Shown in pieces: positions 1-9,500 of a stretch of 64,000 bases of DNA. The stretch is taken from positions 78,137 to 142,136 of the forward strand of contig CAZQBX010000003.1 of assembly GCA_964592145.1 (NCBI GenBank). The letters are read 5' to 3'. Source of the stretch: an uncultured Ignavibacteria bacterium. Its GTDB lineage: Bacteria > Zixibacteria > MSB-5A5 > CAIYYT01. The translations under genes and the position numbers were made by a program. Each line of letters opens with the position of its first letter. Position 1 is the first letter of the stretch. The notes beneath the pieces are model-generated. The model did not search any database. It worked only from the letters and a program-made list of their open reading frames with translations, and was not told the origin of the DNA.

Positions 1-65
1 CGAACTGAAACGAACGTTTCAATAGTAGTTTCGATTTGACGAAGTGCAATTAGAACGGAGACTTG

Positions 66-100
66 CAGCCTGCTCCCGACAAGGAGCAGGCTGTTGTCAT
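66..100 (+). terminator. Intrinsic terminator-like hairpin (11-bp stem cagcctgctcc/ggagcaggctg, loop cgacaa) followed by ttgtcattt
   Basis: Perfect inverted repeat read directly; T-containing tail; lies upstream of a second terminator. Confidence 0.4.
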
Positions 101-232
101 TTAAACTGTTAACTTGGTTCAAGAGGGCGTTGGATGTTCGGCACGGAAGTTGCAGATGTACGGGTCAAGAGCATCAAAGGGGCGCCAGTGATGATATCGG
201 ATTCTCTGGCTCAAAGGGGAGAAGGTCCGTCC

Positions 233-273
233 GTGTTGAAGCTAAGTTGGGGAGCTTCAACACGGTTTTTTTT
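233..273 (+). terminator. Strong rho-independent terminator (11-bp perfect stem gtgttgaagct/agcttcaacac, 9-nt loop, then TTTTTTTT)
   Basis: Perfect stem plus 8-T run seen in sequence; precedes the trmB promoter. Confidence 0.6.
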
Positions 274-307
274 GCATCTGACCTGTATTTGATTTCCACC
301 TAGTCTA

Positions 308-336
308 TTGACAATGCCGACTTTGACCGCTATTCT
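308..336 (+). promoter_or_regulatory. Sigma70-like promoter candidate for trmB (TTGACA, 17-nt spacer, TATTCT)
   Basis: -35 TTGACA at 308-313, 17-nt spacer, -10-like TATTCT at 331-336, about 40 nt upstream of the trmB ATG. Confidence 0.3.
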
Positions 337-375
337 GGCACTCCCAAGTGCTGGAAATGGAATTAGGATGCGTCT

Positions 376-1017
376 ATGCCAAAGAAGAAACTGATACGCT
401 TCGCCGAGATTGCGACCTTTCCGCATGTCATTCAGATGATGACGGACATGAGGGGACGGTGGCATAGTGAGTTTTTTCACAATGACAACCAGATAACGTT
501 AGAACTCGCGTGCGGCAAAGGCGAGTATACGGTAGCGATGGCACAGATGTATCCTAACCGGAACTTCGTTGGCGTAGATCTCAAGGGGGCAAGGATGTGG
601 ACAGGCGCCAAAGCGGCATTAAACCTGAAGCTCACGAATGTTGGGTTTCTGCGTATGCCGATCGAAAGGATCGCCGACTGCTTCGGAACGGATGAAGTAG
701 CCGAAATTTGGATCACCTTTCCGGACCCCTATTTGAGTCAGTGCCGAGCGAAGAAACGGCTCACATCGCCCGATTTTGTCAGTCTTTACAGGAGAATACT
801 GCGTCCTGGCGGATTGATTCACTTGAAGACTGACGAACCGAATTTGTTTGCCTATACGCAGAAAATGATCATCAACAACGGCGGTCACTTAGTTGACAAA
901 GTGGACGATGTATACGGCAGTTCGACAAACAATGAGCTCCTGAAAATACAGACTGCTTATGAGAAGCGGCATATCGCAGATAACCGCACTATTCGTTATC
1001 TCTCATTCCATCTATAA
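376..1017 (+). CDS. trmB: tRNA (guanine46-N7)-methyltransferase
   Basis: 213 aa; TrmB-like motifs (LELACGKGEYTVAMAQMYPNRNFVGVDLKG, WITFPDPY); start codon follows the promoter. Confidence 0.85.
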   Translation: MPKKKLIRFAEIATFPHVIQMMTDMRGRWHSEFFHNDNQITLELACGKGEYTVAMAQMYPNRNFVGVDLKGARMWTGAKAALNLKLTNVGFLRMPIERIADCFGTDEVAEIWITFPDPYLSQCRAKKRLTSPDFVSLYRRILRPGGLIHLKTDEPNLFAYTQKMIINNGGHLVDKVDDVYGSSTNNELLKIQTAYEKRHIADNRTIRYLSFHL

Positions 1018-1099
1018 GTTATAATAGTACAAGCACGCCAATTGTGGGCTTAACATATCCGAGATTGTGAAAAAAGTAACAAAATCACTCAATTTTCGC

Positions 1100-1134
1100 T
1101 TGACAGTGTCGATTCTGTTAGTTAGCGTTAACTA
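1100..1134 (+). promoter_or_regulatory. Promoter (-35 TTGACA) overlapping a palindromic operator candidate TAGTTA-gcgt-TAACTA in front of the tetR-cytochrome operon
   Basis: Perfect 6-bp inverted repeat with 4-bp spacer at 1119-1134, about 50 nt upstream of the TetR start; typical position for TetR autoregulation. Confidence 0.35.
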
Positions 1135-1181
1135 CAACGTCGCCCACTTAGTCGAATATACACTGGGTTGATGGAGGAGAG

Positions 1182-1793
1182 ATGAAGTTAGCAGCCGAAG
1201 ACAGACGCCACCAAATACTTGAGGAAGCCACGAAGCTCTTCTCGGTTGAAGGTTACGACAAGGTTACAACCAAGCGATTGGCAGCTGCCTGCGGCGTAAC
1301 CGAGCCGGCGCTTTATCGTTACTTTGCGTCAAAGGAACTGATTTACGACGCTGTGCTGGATTCACTCGAGAGCCGTTTGCAATGCGACGATATCTATCCG
1401 GAATTAGCTGTCGAGAACGATATTGAGCTGCTTTTGTCGCGTTTAGCTACGCAGTTGCTTGACTGCTCGCAGAAGCATCAGGAAGTTTACCGACTTCTGC
1501 TTTATTCCGCCCTGGGAGGTCATGTAAAGGCGAGAGCTGTCTATCAGTCGATTCGCGGCCGGCACGCCAAGTTTCTGCAAGCTCAACTCGATCGACTTCA
1601 GCAACAGGGTCTGATTTCGGATTCAAACACGGAAATAACTGCCCGCAGTTTCATGGGTATGATCTTTGACTGCTCGTTGGGATTGACACTTTGGAAGAAC
1701 TCGCAAGGGCGTGTTTACCGGTGCGAGGAGTTGGTCGCCAATAATGTACCGATCTTCGCTGCGGGTCTTTGTCGGGCACTTCCCCAAAAATGA
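1182..1793 (+). CDS. TetR/AcrR-family transcriptional regulator
   Basis: N-terminal TetR HTH signature (ILEEATKLFSVEGYDKVTTKRLAAACGVTEPALYRYFASKE); 203 aa; RBS GGAGGAG upstream. Confidence 0.8.
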   Translation: MKLAAEDRRHQILEEATKLFSVEGYDKVTTKRLAAACGVTEPALYRYFASKELIYDAVLDSLESRLQCDDIYPELAVENDIELLLSRLATQLLDCSQKHQEVYRLLLYSALGGHVKARAVYQSIRGRHAKFLQAQLDRLQQQGLISDSNTEITARSFMGMIFDCSLGLTLWKNSQGRVYRCEELVANNVPIFAAGLCRALPQK

Positions 1794-1810
1794 AATCTAC
1801 TAATGAGGAT

Positions 1811-4441
1811 ATGGCAATGTCAGTGAAACAAATTATCAACGGCCACTTTCGCCTGCTGTTAATTTCCATAGTAGCGGCAATGACTCTCTTATTGAGCGGC
1901 CGCGCGCTGGTTTACGCCCAGGATGAAAGTGCAGTAAAGACGGACAACCAGCTGTGCTTGGATTGCCATTCGGATGAGACTCTCGAATCAGAGTCTGGTA
2001 AGTCGGTGTTTGTCAGCAGCGACAGCTTGCACAGTTCGGTTCACAAGAATATGGCGTGCCTGGATTGCCACAAGCAAGAAGGCGCGAACTTCGAGGATGT
2101 GCCCCACTTCACGCAGTATCAGCCGGTGCAGTGCGAGCCATGCCACAAGGTTGTAAGTGCGACCTGGATGGAGTACTTCTACAAGATGCTCAAGGGCAAG
2201 GGCAAGCAGGATATTCCCGACTGCAAAGAGTGTCATGGGACACACACGGCACAAAAAGAGCTAAGCATGAAGATCGTGTGCGAGCGTTGCCATCCCAAGC
2301 AAGCGACGGAATACAGGCAGAGTTATCACTTCCAGAAATATCAAGAGGATAACCGCAACTATCCGATTTGTACCACTTGTCACGATGCGCACTTCAAGTC
2401 CAAAAAAGAAGTCATGACGGAGACGGAGTACAAGCAGGAGATCGTCGATATTTGTTCCAAATGTCATCAACGCGACATTGAAACTTATGTTCACTCTCGG
2501 CATTTCCATGAAATGGAAGGCGGTAACACCAAGGCGCCGGTTTGCACAAGCTGTCACGAGAAGCACGATATCCGCAAGCCGTCCGATCCGAAATCACGAG
2601 TCGGCACGGCAATGATATCGGATGTGTGCAACAACTGTCACCCGGGGCACAAAGAGAGTCTTCATCGGGCTCCCGGAGTTGATCCCGGAACAATCTCGTG
2701 CGCCTCATGTCACACGGGCCACCAGACAGATATGGCTTCTATCAATGAGGCGATTTTCAAAGAGGGTGGAATTGCTAATCAGTGCAATATCTGCCACTCG
2801 GGCGAGCGACATACGAAGGAGAACCTGGCGCACGGACAGTTGATGATGTTAAACGCCGACGGTTCCGAAGCCAACTGCACAAAGTGTCATACCTACCATT
2901 GGAACTTGCCGGGATTGGACAATGATGACGTCAAGCATCGCCGGACAGAGTGCATCAATTGTCACGCAGAGGAGAATCGGCAGTACAAGCAGTCGATTCA
3001 TGGCCGCGCCCGCGCTCAAGGTATTATGGAAGCACCAACCTGTACCGATTGCCACGGCGAGATTGATATCAAGAAAACGAAGGAGCAGTTCACACCGGAG
3101 GGTGTGGTTGCTCTTTGCTCAAGGTGTCATTCGGACAAGGACAAGATGCTGAAGTTTCAGATCAATCCATATGTCGTCGAAGGCTACAAAGAAACCTATC
3201 ACGGTAAGCTTTTTGAAACCGGCACCGACGAAGTCAAATTCGCAGTCTGCACCAACTGCCATGGTTCACATTCGATCCAGGAACCGGCTGATTCGACCTC
3301 ATCGGTAGCGCGCGGACATATCGTCGAGACGTGCAAGCAGTGTCATCCCCGAGCCAACGATCGGTTTGTATCGTATCTGGTTCACCCCGTAAAACCGAGT
3401 TCGGCGGAATTGCAGGCTGGACTGGCGAGTGCCCGGGAAGACAGCGTTCTGACGTCGCTGGAACGCGATAGTAAAGACGAGGGTCGACAACTGACGGGCG
3501 GCTGGGGCAAATTCAACAACCTCGTCACAGGAATGATGACGGTTCTGTTGATCGCAGTATTGGGTGCATTTGGATTCCATACCATGTTGTGGTTCCAACG
3601 GGGAATCAGAACCCGGGTAGTCAAGAAGGAAGTCTACTATGGAAGAATTGACGGGTTCCACCGCTTCCTTCATATTCTGGTCAACATCAGTTTCCTGACC
3701 CTGGCGTTCACGGGCCTGCCTCAATCATATGCGCATACCGATCTGGCGAAATGGTTGTTTGCCAACGTGATGTCACTGCAGTCGGCACAGACTCTGCATT
3801 ACATCGCCGCAGCCATCACGGGATTCTACTTTCTTGCGCACCTGGTCTTCCTCGTGTTCAAGTTACGCAAATCGAGCATTCGCGAGATGTTGACCGGGCC
3901 GAATACGCTGATGTTCCGCAAGAAAGACTTGACTGACTTCGTGACACATCTGAAGTGGTTCTTCAACAAGGGTGCGCATCCGCAATTCGACCGTTGGACT
4001 TACTGGGAGAAGTTTGATTACTTCGCGGTTTTCTGGGGTGTGTTTGTCATCGGCCTCTCGGGTTTATTGAGATGGAAAGAGGAGTTCTTCGGAAACCTGT
4101 TGGGTGGCGGCGTTATCAGTCTCGCTGACACTGTTCATAAAGAAGAAGCGTTGTTGGCAACAGCCTTCATTTTCATAGTGCACTTCTTCAATACTCATTT
4201 GCGCGCCAGCAAATTCCCGATGGATGTGTCAGTCTACACCGGCCGGATATCGGAGAAGGAAATGATGGAAGAGCGTCCGTTGGAATACGAGCGACTTCGG
4301 GAAGCCGGCGAGTTGGAGCAACATCAGAAGAAGCCGCTCGGGCTGGTGTTGTCGATCATCTCGTATGTTTGGGGAACGATTGCGCTGTTGACAGGATTCT
4401 TCTTGCTGTTCTTGATCATACTGGGTCACCTGACGGCGTAG
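1811..4441 (+). CDS. Multiheme cytochrome c (17 CxxCH) fused to a C-terminal b-type-cytochrome-like membrane domain; CbcL-like quinol-oxidising cytochrome candidate
   Basis: Signal peptide after M1811/M1817. 17 CxxCH motifs counted (CLDCH x2, CEPCH, CKECH, CERCH, CTTCH, CSKCH, CTSCH, CNNCH, CASCH, CNICH, CTKCH, CINCH, CTDCH, CSRCH, CTNCH, CKQCH). C-terminal about 300 aa has several His-rich TM helices like HydC/FdnI cytochrome b. The ORF-track start at 1769 overlaps tetR, so the start was moved to the ATG with an RBS. Confidence 0.8.
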   Translation: MAMSVKQIINGHFRLLLISIVAAMTLLLSGRALVYAQDESAVKTDNQLCLDCHSDETLESESGKSVFVSSDSLHSSVHKNMACLDCHKQEGANFEDVPHFTQYQPVQCEPCHKVVSATWMEYFYKMLKGKGKQDIPDCKECHGTHTAQKELSMKIVCERCHPKQATEYRQSYHFQKYQEDNRNYPICTTCHDAHFKSKKEVMTETEYKQEIVDICSKCHQRDIETYVHSRHFHEMEGGNTKAPVCTSCHEKHDIRKPSDPKSRVGTAMISDVCNNCHPGHKESLHRAPGVDPGTISCASCHTGHQTDMASINEAIFKEGGIANQCNICHSGERHTKENLAHGQLMMLNADGSEANCTKCHTYHWNLPGLDNDDVKHRRTECINCHAEENRQYKQSIHGRARAQGIMEAPTCTDCHGEIDIKKTKEQFTPEGVVALCSRCHSDKDKMLKFQINPYVVEGYKETYHGKLFETGTDEVKFAVCTNCHGSHSIQEPADSTSSVARGHIVETCKQCHPRANDRFVSYLVHPVKPSSAELQAGLASAREDSVLTSLERDSKDEGRQLTGGWGKFNNLVTGMMTVLLIAVLGAFGFHTMLWFQRGIRTRVVKKEVYYGRIDGFHRFLHILVNISFLTLAFTGLPQSYAHTDLAKWLFANVMSLQSAQTLHYIAAAITGFYFLAHLVFLVFKLRKSSIREMLTGPNTLMFRKKDLTDFVTHLKWFFNKGAHPQFDRWTYWEKFDYFAVFWGVFVIGLSGLLRWKEEFFGNLLGGGVISLADTVHKEEALLATAFIFIVHFFNTHLRASKFPMDVSVYTGRISEKEMMEERPLEYERLREAGELEQHQKKPLGLVLSIISYVWGTIALLTGFFLLFLIILGHLTA

Positions 4442-4509
4442 TTCTGGTTTTGGAGTAATCGCACATTAGTTCGAATTTGTTTGGTTTTAGATATAACGGA
4501 GAGATCATC

Positions 4510-6489
4510 GTGAGACATATCAAGCGAGTTTGGGAGATGCCCCGGTTAACGGAGGCTCTGTTGGCCATCGCGCTGTTACTAAGCCTCCCGGCAATGCTGC
4601 CGGCGTCGAACAACGATGCGTGCATGGAGTGCCATTCGGATAATACTTTGACAGGGACAGACCGCGAAGGCAAAGAAGTCAGCATGTATGTGCATCTCGA
4701 TTCACTCGGCGCATCGCTGCACAGCGGACTTGACTGCGTGGATTGCCATGCCGACTTAGCCGGTGTAACCGACTACCCGCACGCAGATGCGCTGAAACCG
4801 GCGCAGTGCATAACCTGCCACGAGGATGTCAACACGGTGTTCATGACTTCGGCACACGGGTTGGCCCTGGACAATCCGAATTCACCAAACTGTCAATCGT
4901 GTCATGGCAGCCATAGTATCTTGCCGCAGTCGAATCCGGCATCATTGACTTCAGCGAAGAACTTGCCGCATACCTGTGCAACCTGCCATCACCGGATTGC
5001 GCTTAAGGCGGACCCGGATATTCGGATTGCGGATTCCTTTGACCGTTACATACGCGGTATTCACGCTGAAGGAATTCAGAAGGGAATTGGCTCAGCGGCC
5101 TCCTGCAATGATTGTCATGGCACACACGACATCAAGAAGGCTTCCGATCGCACTTCGATGGTCAACAAGCAGAATCTCCCCAAGACTTGCGCGAAATGCC
5201 ATAACGACATCAGCATTCAGTATTTTCGCGGGATCCACGGCAAGGCGCTGGAGGCTGGTATTCTCGACGCGCCGAATTGCACGGACTGTCACGGTGAGCA
5301 TGAGATTCGCCGCATCGGGGATCCCGATTCGCCGGTGAATCAGTCGAACTTAGCCGACTATGTGTGCGCCAAGTGCCACAATGATCCGCAGTTGATGGAG
5401 AAATTCGGGTTTACCGAAGGACGATTCACGTCTTATCAGGACTCATATCATGGTCTGGCGATTCGCGGCGGATCGATCAAGGCGGCGAATTGTGTTTCGT
5501 GTCATCGCGCGCACGATGTTCTGCCTTCGACAAATCCGGCGTCATCAGTCAGCAAAGAAAACATTGTCGAAACGTGCCAGACATGCCATCCGAAAGCGAA
5601 TCTGGCGTTTGCTACCAGCTACACTCACAAGACGGCGCAACAGGAGTTTAACCCGATCGATCGTTGGGTGCGGTTTGCTTACATACTCGCGATTGTGCTG
5701 GTCATCGGCGGCATGTTGGCGCATAACGGGATCATTCTCGGAGCCTTTGTTGTCCAGAAGCATCGGCAGAACAAGGCGCAGCCGACGGTGATGCGTTTTA
5801 CGGGCAACATGGTCTTTCAACACTTGGTGCTGACGGTCGCATTTATCACCCTGGTTATAACCGGTTTCGCACTGCGCTTTCCAGATTCCTGGTGGGTGGG
5901 AGTTCTCAACTTCTTCGGGATTTATGAAGATGCTCGTAGCGTGATTCATAGGATAGCTGCGGTGTTCTTGATCTACATCTCGATTCATCACGGCCTGTTC
6001 CTGTTCTTCTCGCAGCGCGGCAAAGAACAACTGCGCGGGCTGATGCCGGTGAAGCAGGACATAACTGACATTTTCCAGAATGTGAAGTTCCATCTGGGAA
6101 TGACGGACAAGCGCCCCGAATATGATATGTATGACTATACCGAGAAAGCCGAGTACTGGGCATTGGTGTGGGGTACGGTCGCGATGGTTCTCACTGGATT
6201 CGTGCTGTGGTTCCCGACGTTCTTCACGGGCTTCCTGCCGGCATGGGTTGTCAAGGTATCGGAGACCATTCATTATTATGAAGCGTGGTTGGCGACGTTG
6301 GCGATCGCGGTATTCCATTTCTTCTTTGTGATTTTCCATCCCGAGCAGTATCCGATGTCATTTGCCTGGATAACAGGCCGGGTGACCGAAGAATCGGTCA
6401 AACACCACCATCCGAAATGGTATCGCCGGATGTTCATGAAAAAGAACGGCGAGGCAAACAGTGTTGACGGTAAGAACGAAGAGAAATAG
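4510..6489 (+). CDS. Multiheme cytochrome c (11 CxxCH) fused to a C-terminal b-type-cytochrome-like membrane domain; paralogue of the upstream gene
   Basis: Signal peptide (MPRLTEALLAIALLLSLPAMLPA). 11 CxxCH motifs (CMECH, CVDCH, CITCH, CQSCH, CATCH, CNDCH, CAKCH x2, CTDCH, CVSCH, CQTCH). C-terminal TM helices with conserved His. GTG start at 4510 with RBS GGAGAG; alternative ATG at 4537. Confidence 0.8.
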   Translation: MRHIKRVWEMPRLTEALLAIALLLSLPAMLPASNNDACMECHSDNTLTGTDREGKEVSMYVHLDSLGASLHSGLDCVDCHADLAGVTDYPHADALKPAQCITCHEDVNTVFMTSAHGLALDNPNSPNCQSCHGSHSILPQSNPASLTSAKNLPHTCATCHHRIALKADPDIRIADSFDRYIRGIHAEGIQKGIGSAASCNDCHGTHDIKKASDRTSMVNKQNLPKTCAKCHNDISIQYFRGIHGKALEAGILDAPNCTDCHGEHEIRRIGDPDSPVNQSNLADYVCAKCHNDPQLMEKFGFTEGRFTSYQDSYHGLAIRGGSIKAANCVSCHRAHDVLPSTNPASSVSKENIVETCQTCHPKANLAFATSYTHKTAQQEFNPIDRWVRFAYILAIVLVIGGMLAHNGIILGAFVVQKHRQNKAQPTVMRFTGNMVFQHLVLTVAFITLVITGFALRFPDSWWVGVLNFFGIYEDARSVIHRIAAVFLIYISIHHGLFLFFSQRGKEQLRGLMPVKQDITDIFQNVKFHLGMTDKRPEYDMYDYTEKAEYWALVWGTVAMVLTGFVLWFPTFFTGFLPAWVVKVSETIHYYEAWLATLAIAVFHFFFVIFHPEQYPMSFAWITGRVTEESVKHHHPKWYRRMFMKKNGEANSVDGKNEEK

Positions 6490-6515
6490 GCTCAATCAAA
6501 TCTGAGGCGGAGACC

Positions 6516-6558
6516 AAAGGCCCTATCGGCATTATGCCGACAGGGCCTTTTCTTTGCC
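6516..6558. terminator. Bidirectional terminator hairpin between convergent genes (17-bp stem with one mismatch, AAAGGCCCTATCGGCAT/ATGCCGACAGGGCCTTT)
   Basis: Inverted repeat with T-run on the plus side and A-run on the other; sits between the cytochrome gene (+) and the M16 peptidase gene (-). Confidence 0.55.
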
Positions 6559-6574
6559 GTGAATACAGGGGTCG

Positions 6575-9500
6575 CTATTTGCTGACCATCCAGAAATCGC
6601 GTGGATACAACCGATAGAGCCTTGCACCCGGCTCAACGCTTTGAAGGTAGCGCTCGTACGACTCGAATTGCTTTTCCGGACCCACGACGAAATTGACCGC
6701 ATTGTACTTGGTCACGGATTCCAATCCGCTTGGACCATAGTCGGGCAATAACAGACCGTAAACTGCTTCCATTCGACCCTGGACGCGGTCGTAAAAGTCA
6801 GGTTGTTTACGAAGTTCGAGAATGCCTTGACGAAATTTGGCAACGCTCTGGGCAGGAATATTATCAGCCAGGTCGCGTGCGATCGCCTCCCCACGCACTT
6901 CGTAAGTCATTGCCGCCCGATTGGCATTGAATGCCTGCGCAATCGTATATTCGCCGAGCGCCGGATCATGCGGGGCTCGCTTTAGTTCGCCGACAACAAA
7001 CTGCATTGTCTGGGCGAGATCGGGACAACGTTCGGCATAGTAGACAATTCTTCCGGTTGATTCGCGGCTGCGCAGGCCGTTGGAATAGGCGAGTCCGGCG
7101 CCCCAGGTCTTCATGAACATGCTGTGCGCACCGCCACCTCCGTAGAGTCGAGCGGCGAGGAAATCGATCAGGCCATCGGGCGTGTGTTCGGCGAAGCGCG
7201 CACAATCAGCGGTGTTGACAAAGACGCCTGATCGGGTGTTTTCGTTAACAAGACCGACATAAACCGGTGTGCCGGTATCGGAGGCGCGCTCACGCAATCG
7301 ATTGGTTACCAGTGGTTCGGTGCTGTACTGCTGACGTACAGAAGGCTTGGGGTCAAGCTTACCAATGATCCCGGCAAGGCGTGGCATCAATGCATCCTTG
7401 GTGGCGGAACTGGAGATCATAAATGCGCGGACATTGTCGGTATGACGAAGCTTCTCAAGTACTCCGCGAATTTGAGCCAGTGCAGTGTTGTCATCCATTG
7501 AGGCATCTCGTGCCGTTTGCCAACAAAGGAACTGCCAGTCGGTCGCAAGAGACGCATCGGGAATGTCGCTCAACACGCGCTGCATATCGCGGGCGACCTC
7601 CTGAATCAGTCCAGCATTGCGCGGATCGGCGATCAGGTGCTTAGCCGTGAGTTCCACGACGATGGCGGATGACCAGGCAAACTTCTGGTCACCCGAGATC
7701 GTCGCCAGAAGCTCGCTGAGTTGTTTGCGATCAAGTCCTGCGCCTTTGGCGGCCAGCGACTCCATAAACTTTACGAAACTGTCGGGTTTATTCGGGTCAC
7801 CGGCATCCTTGAGCATCCATTTAATGCGATAGAGATTGAATGCTTTGGTCATGAAGCAATCAGTCGCCAGTAACAGCGGAACATCCTGACGCCAGTATGC
7901 GTCGGCCGGGCCTTCGACCCAGGACTCTTCGGAGCCGCGCATGGTGCTGCGCAGACCGGAGAGGGTGTAGTCGATAGCGTCGCGAATTCGGGGCAGATTT
8001 TCCGGCTCGAGATATGCATCAAAGAGAACGTCGTCAAGCCAATCAAGTGCCGCGAGTCCCTCGGCTTGCGTGCTTCCCGATGTGCGCACGACCAGTTCAG
8101 CGCGCTGGGTACGGTAATTGACACTGGTATAGGCAGAAAGCCCGGAGATCTCCGACCGCAGGCGACTTTGCATTTGGTCGAAGGTCAGTTTGCCGCTGTC
8201 GGAGATCACGCCGATGTCAGTCAAGACTGTTGGAAGAGCAGAGATATAGATCAATTCGTTTTCCGGAACGACATCGAGGTTGAAAGCCAAGCCGACGGTG
8301 GCATTGGTGATGTTTTCAAACTTGGAGGCCACGACCTGGACTTTGCCGGCAATCGTATCAACAGCATACTTGAGCGGATCATCGAGAGTCATCGGCGGAT
8401 TCTCGACGAAACCAGGCATTTGAATCGTTGCGGCGACCGAGTCGAGTTCAGCGGTTTGTGCATCATACTCGGCTTTGAATTGCTGAATCGCCTCATCTTC
8501 CGATGAAACCGAGTAAATAGTCTTAAGGTTGGCGATGTAGGCATCCAGGCGTGCCTGCCGCTCCGCTTCTTGGCGTCCGATGAGTTCTGGATTGGCGACC
8601 GCGGCAACGGCATAGGGAGGAGTCTCAATCAGTCGCCATGCGGCGATGTAATCGCGCCAGATATTCTTGCTGTTGCCGAGCTGTTGGCGCGCGAAGGCGA
8701 TTTCATCGGCAAACGCCAGTGAACGGCGGAAGCCACCCGTCTTGTGCAGACGCTGGGTGTTGGTCATCCATTGCGCACCGGAACTCCGTTCGCCGAAGCG
8801 CGGTGGCGAGTTAAGGAAGGTGCGCGTTGCGCGCTCGCGCGAGGTCACGCGTTCAAGTGCGCGTCGGTTGAATTCCTGCAGTTCGGAAGAGCCATCCGGC
8901 AGAGCAGCGATCTTGCCGATTTCGTCAAGAATGACCTTCCGAATCGAGTCAATCATCTTGGGAGTACAAGATTCGCGTTTGATTTCATCGAAATAGATAT
9001 GGATCGGGTTGCCCTTCTCATTGCTCACCCAGCTCCCGATGCCGGCGGCGCCGACGTCTATCTGGCGCGTCTGCGAGTCAATGAGCCGATTGTGCAGGCG
9101 CGAAGTCTGGTCGCCGGAGAGGTTTTGCACGAGCAGCTCCAGCAGGTAGCGATCGTTATTACCAAGGTTGAACTGCGCCGGCCAGGAATAGACAAGCAAG
9201 CCCGGATCGCTGGGAAGTTGAGCCGGGAAATCGACCAGTTTGATCGTTCCAGGTTCAGCGGCGGCAGGAGCAGGAACTCTGTCGTTCAATGAAGCCGGGT
9301 CATCAATCATGACAGCATCCGGCTCGATGCGGCTTAGGATCTGCGAAAGTCGTTCAAGGCAAGTGGAGATCGAAATATCATCGGCGATTGAAATAATTGC
9401 ACCCATGTTGTTGAGGTGGTAGGACCCCTCTTGAAAGCGACGGAGGTCGGCGGGAGTCATCGTGCGAATCGCCGGGGGATACCCACCCGATTCGTAGGAA

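Noticed and set aside
94-303. 69-aa ORF upstream of trmB
   Set aside because: It spans a strong intrinsic terminator and has no RBS or motif. The region is more likely non-coding or a small RNA.
5545-6339. 264-aa antisense ORF inside the second cytochrome gene. Similar long antisense or alternative-frame ORFs occur elsewhere, for example 31219-32391(+), 23357-24256(-), 25957-26520(-), 8744-9292(+), 12061-12603(-), 55539-56334(+) and 49671-50150(+).
   Set aside because: Each lies entirely within a well-supported CDS on the opposite strand or in another frame. They have Arg/Ser/Pro-rich compositions with no motifs, typical of shadow ORFs in GC-rich coding DNA.
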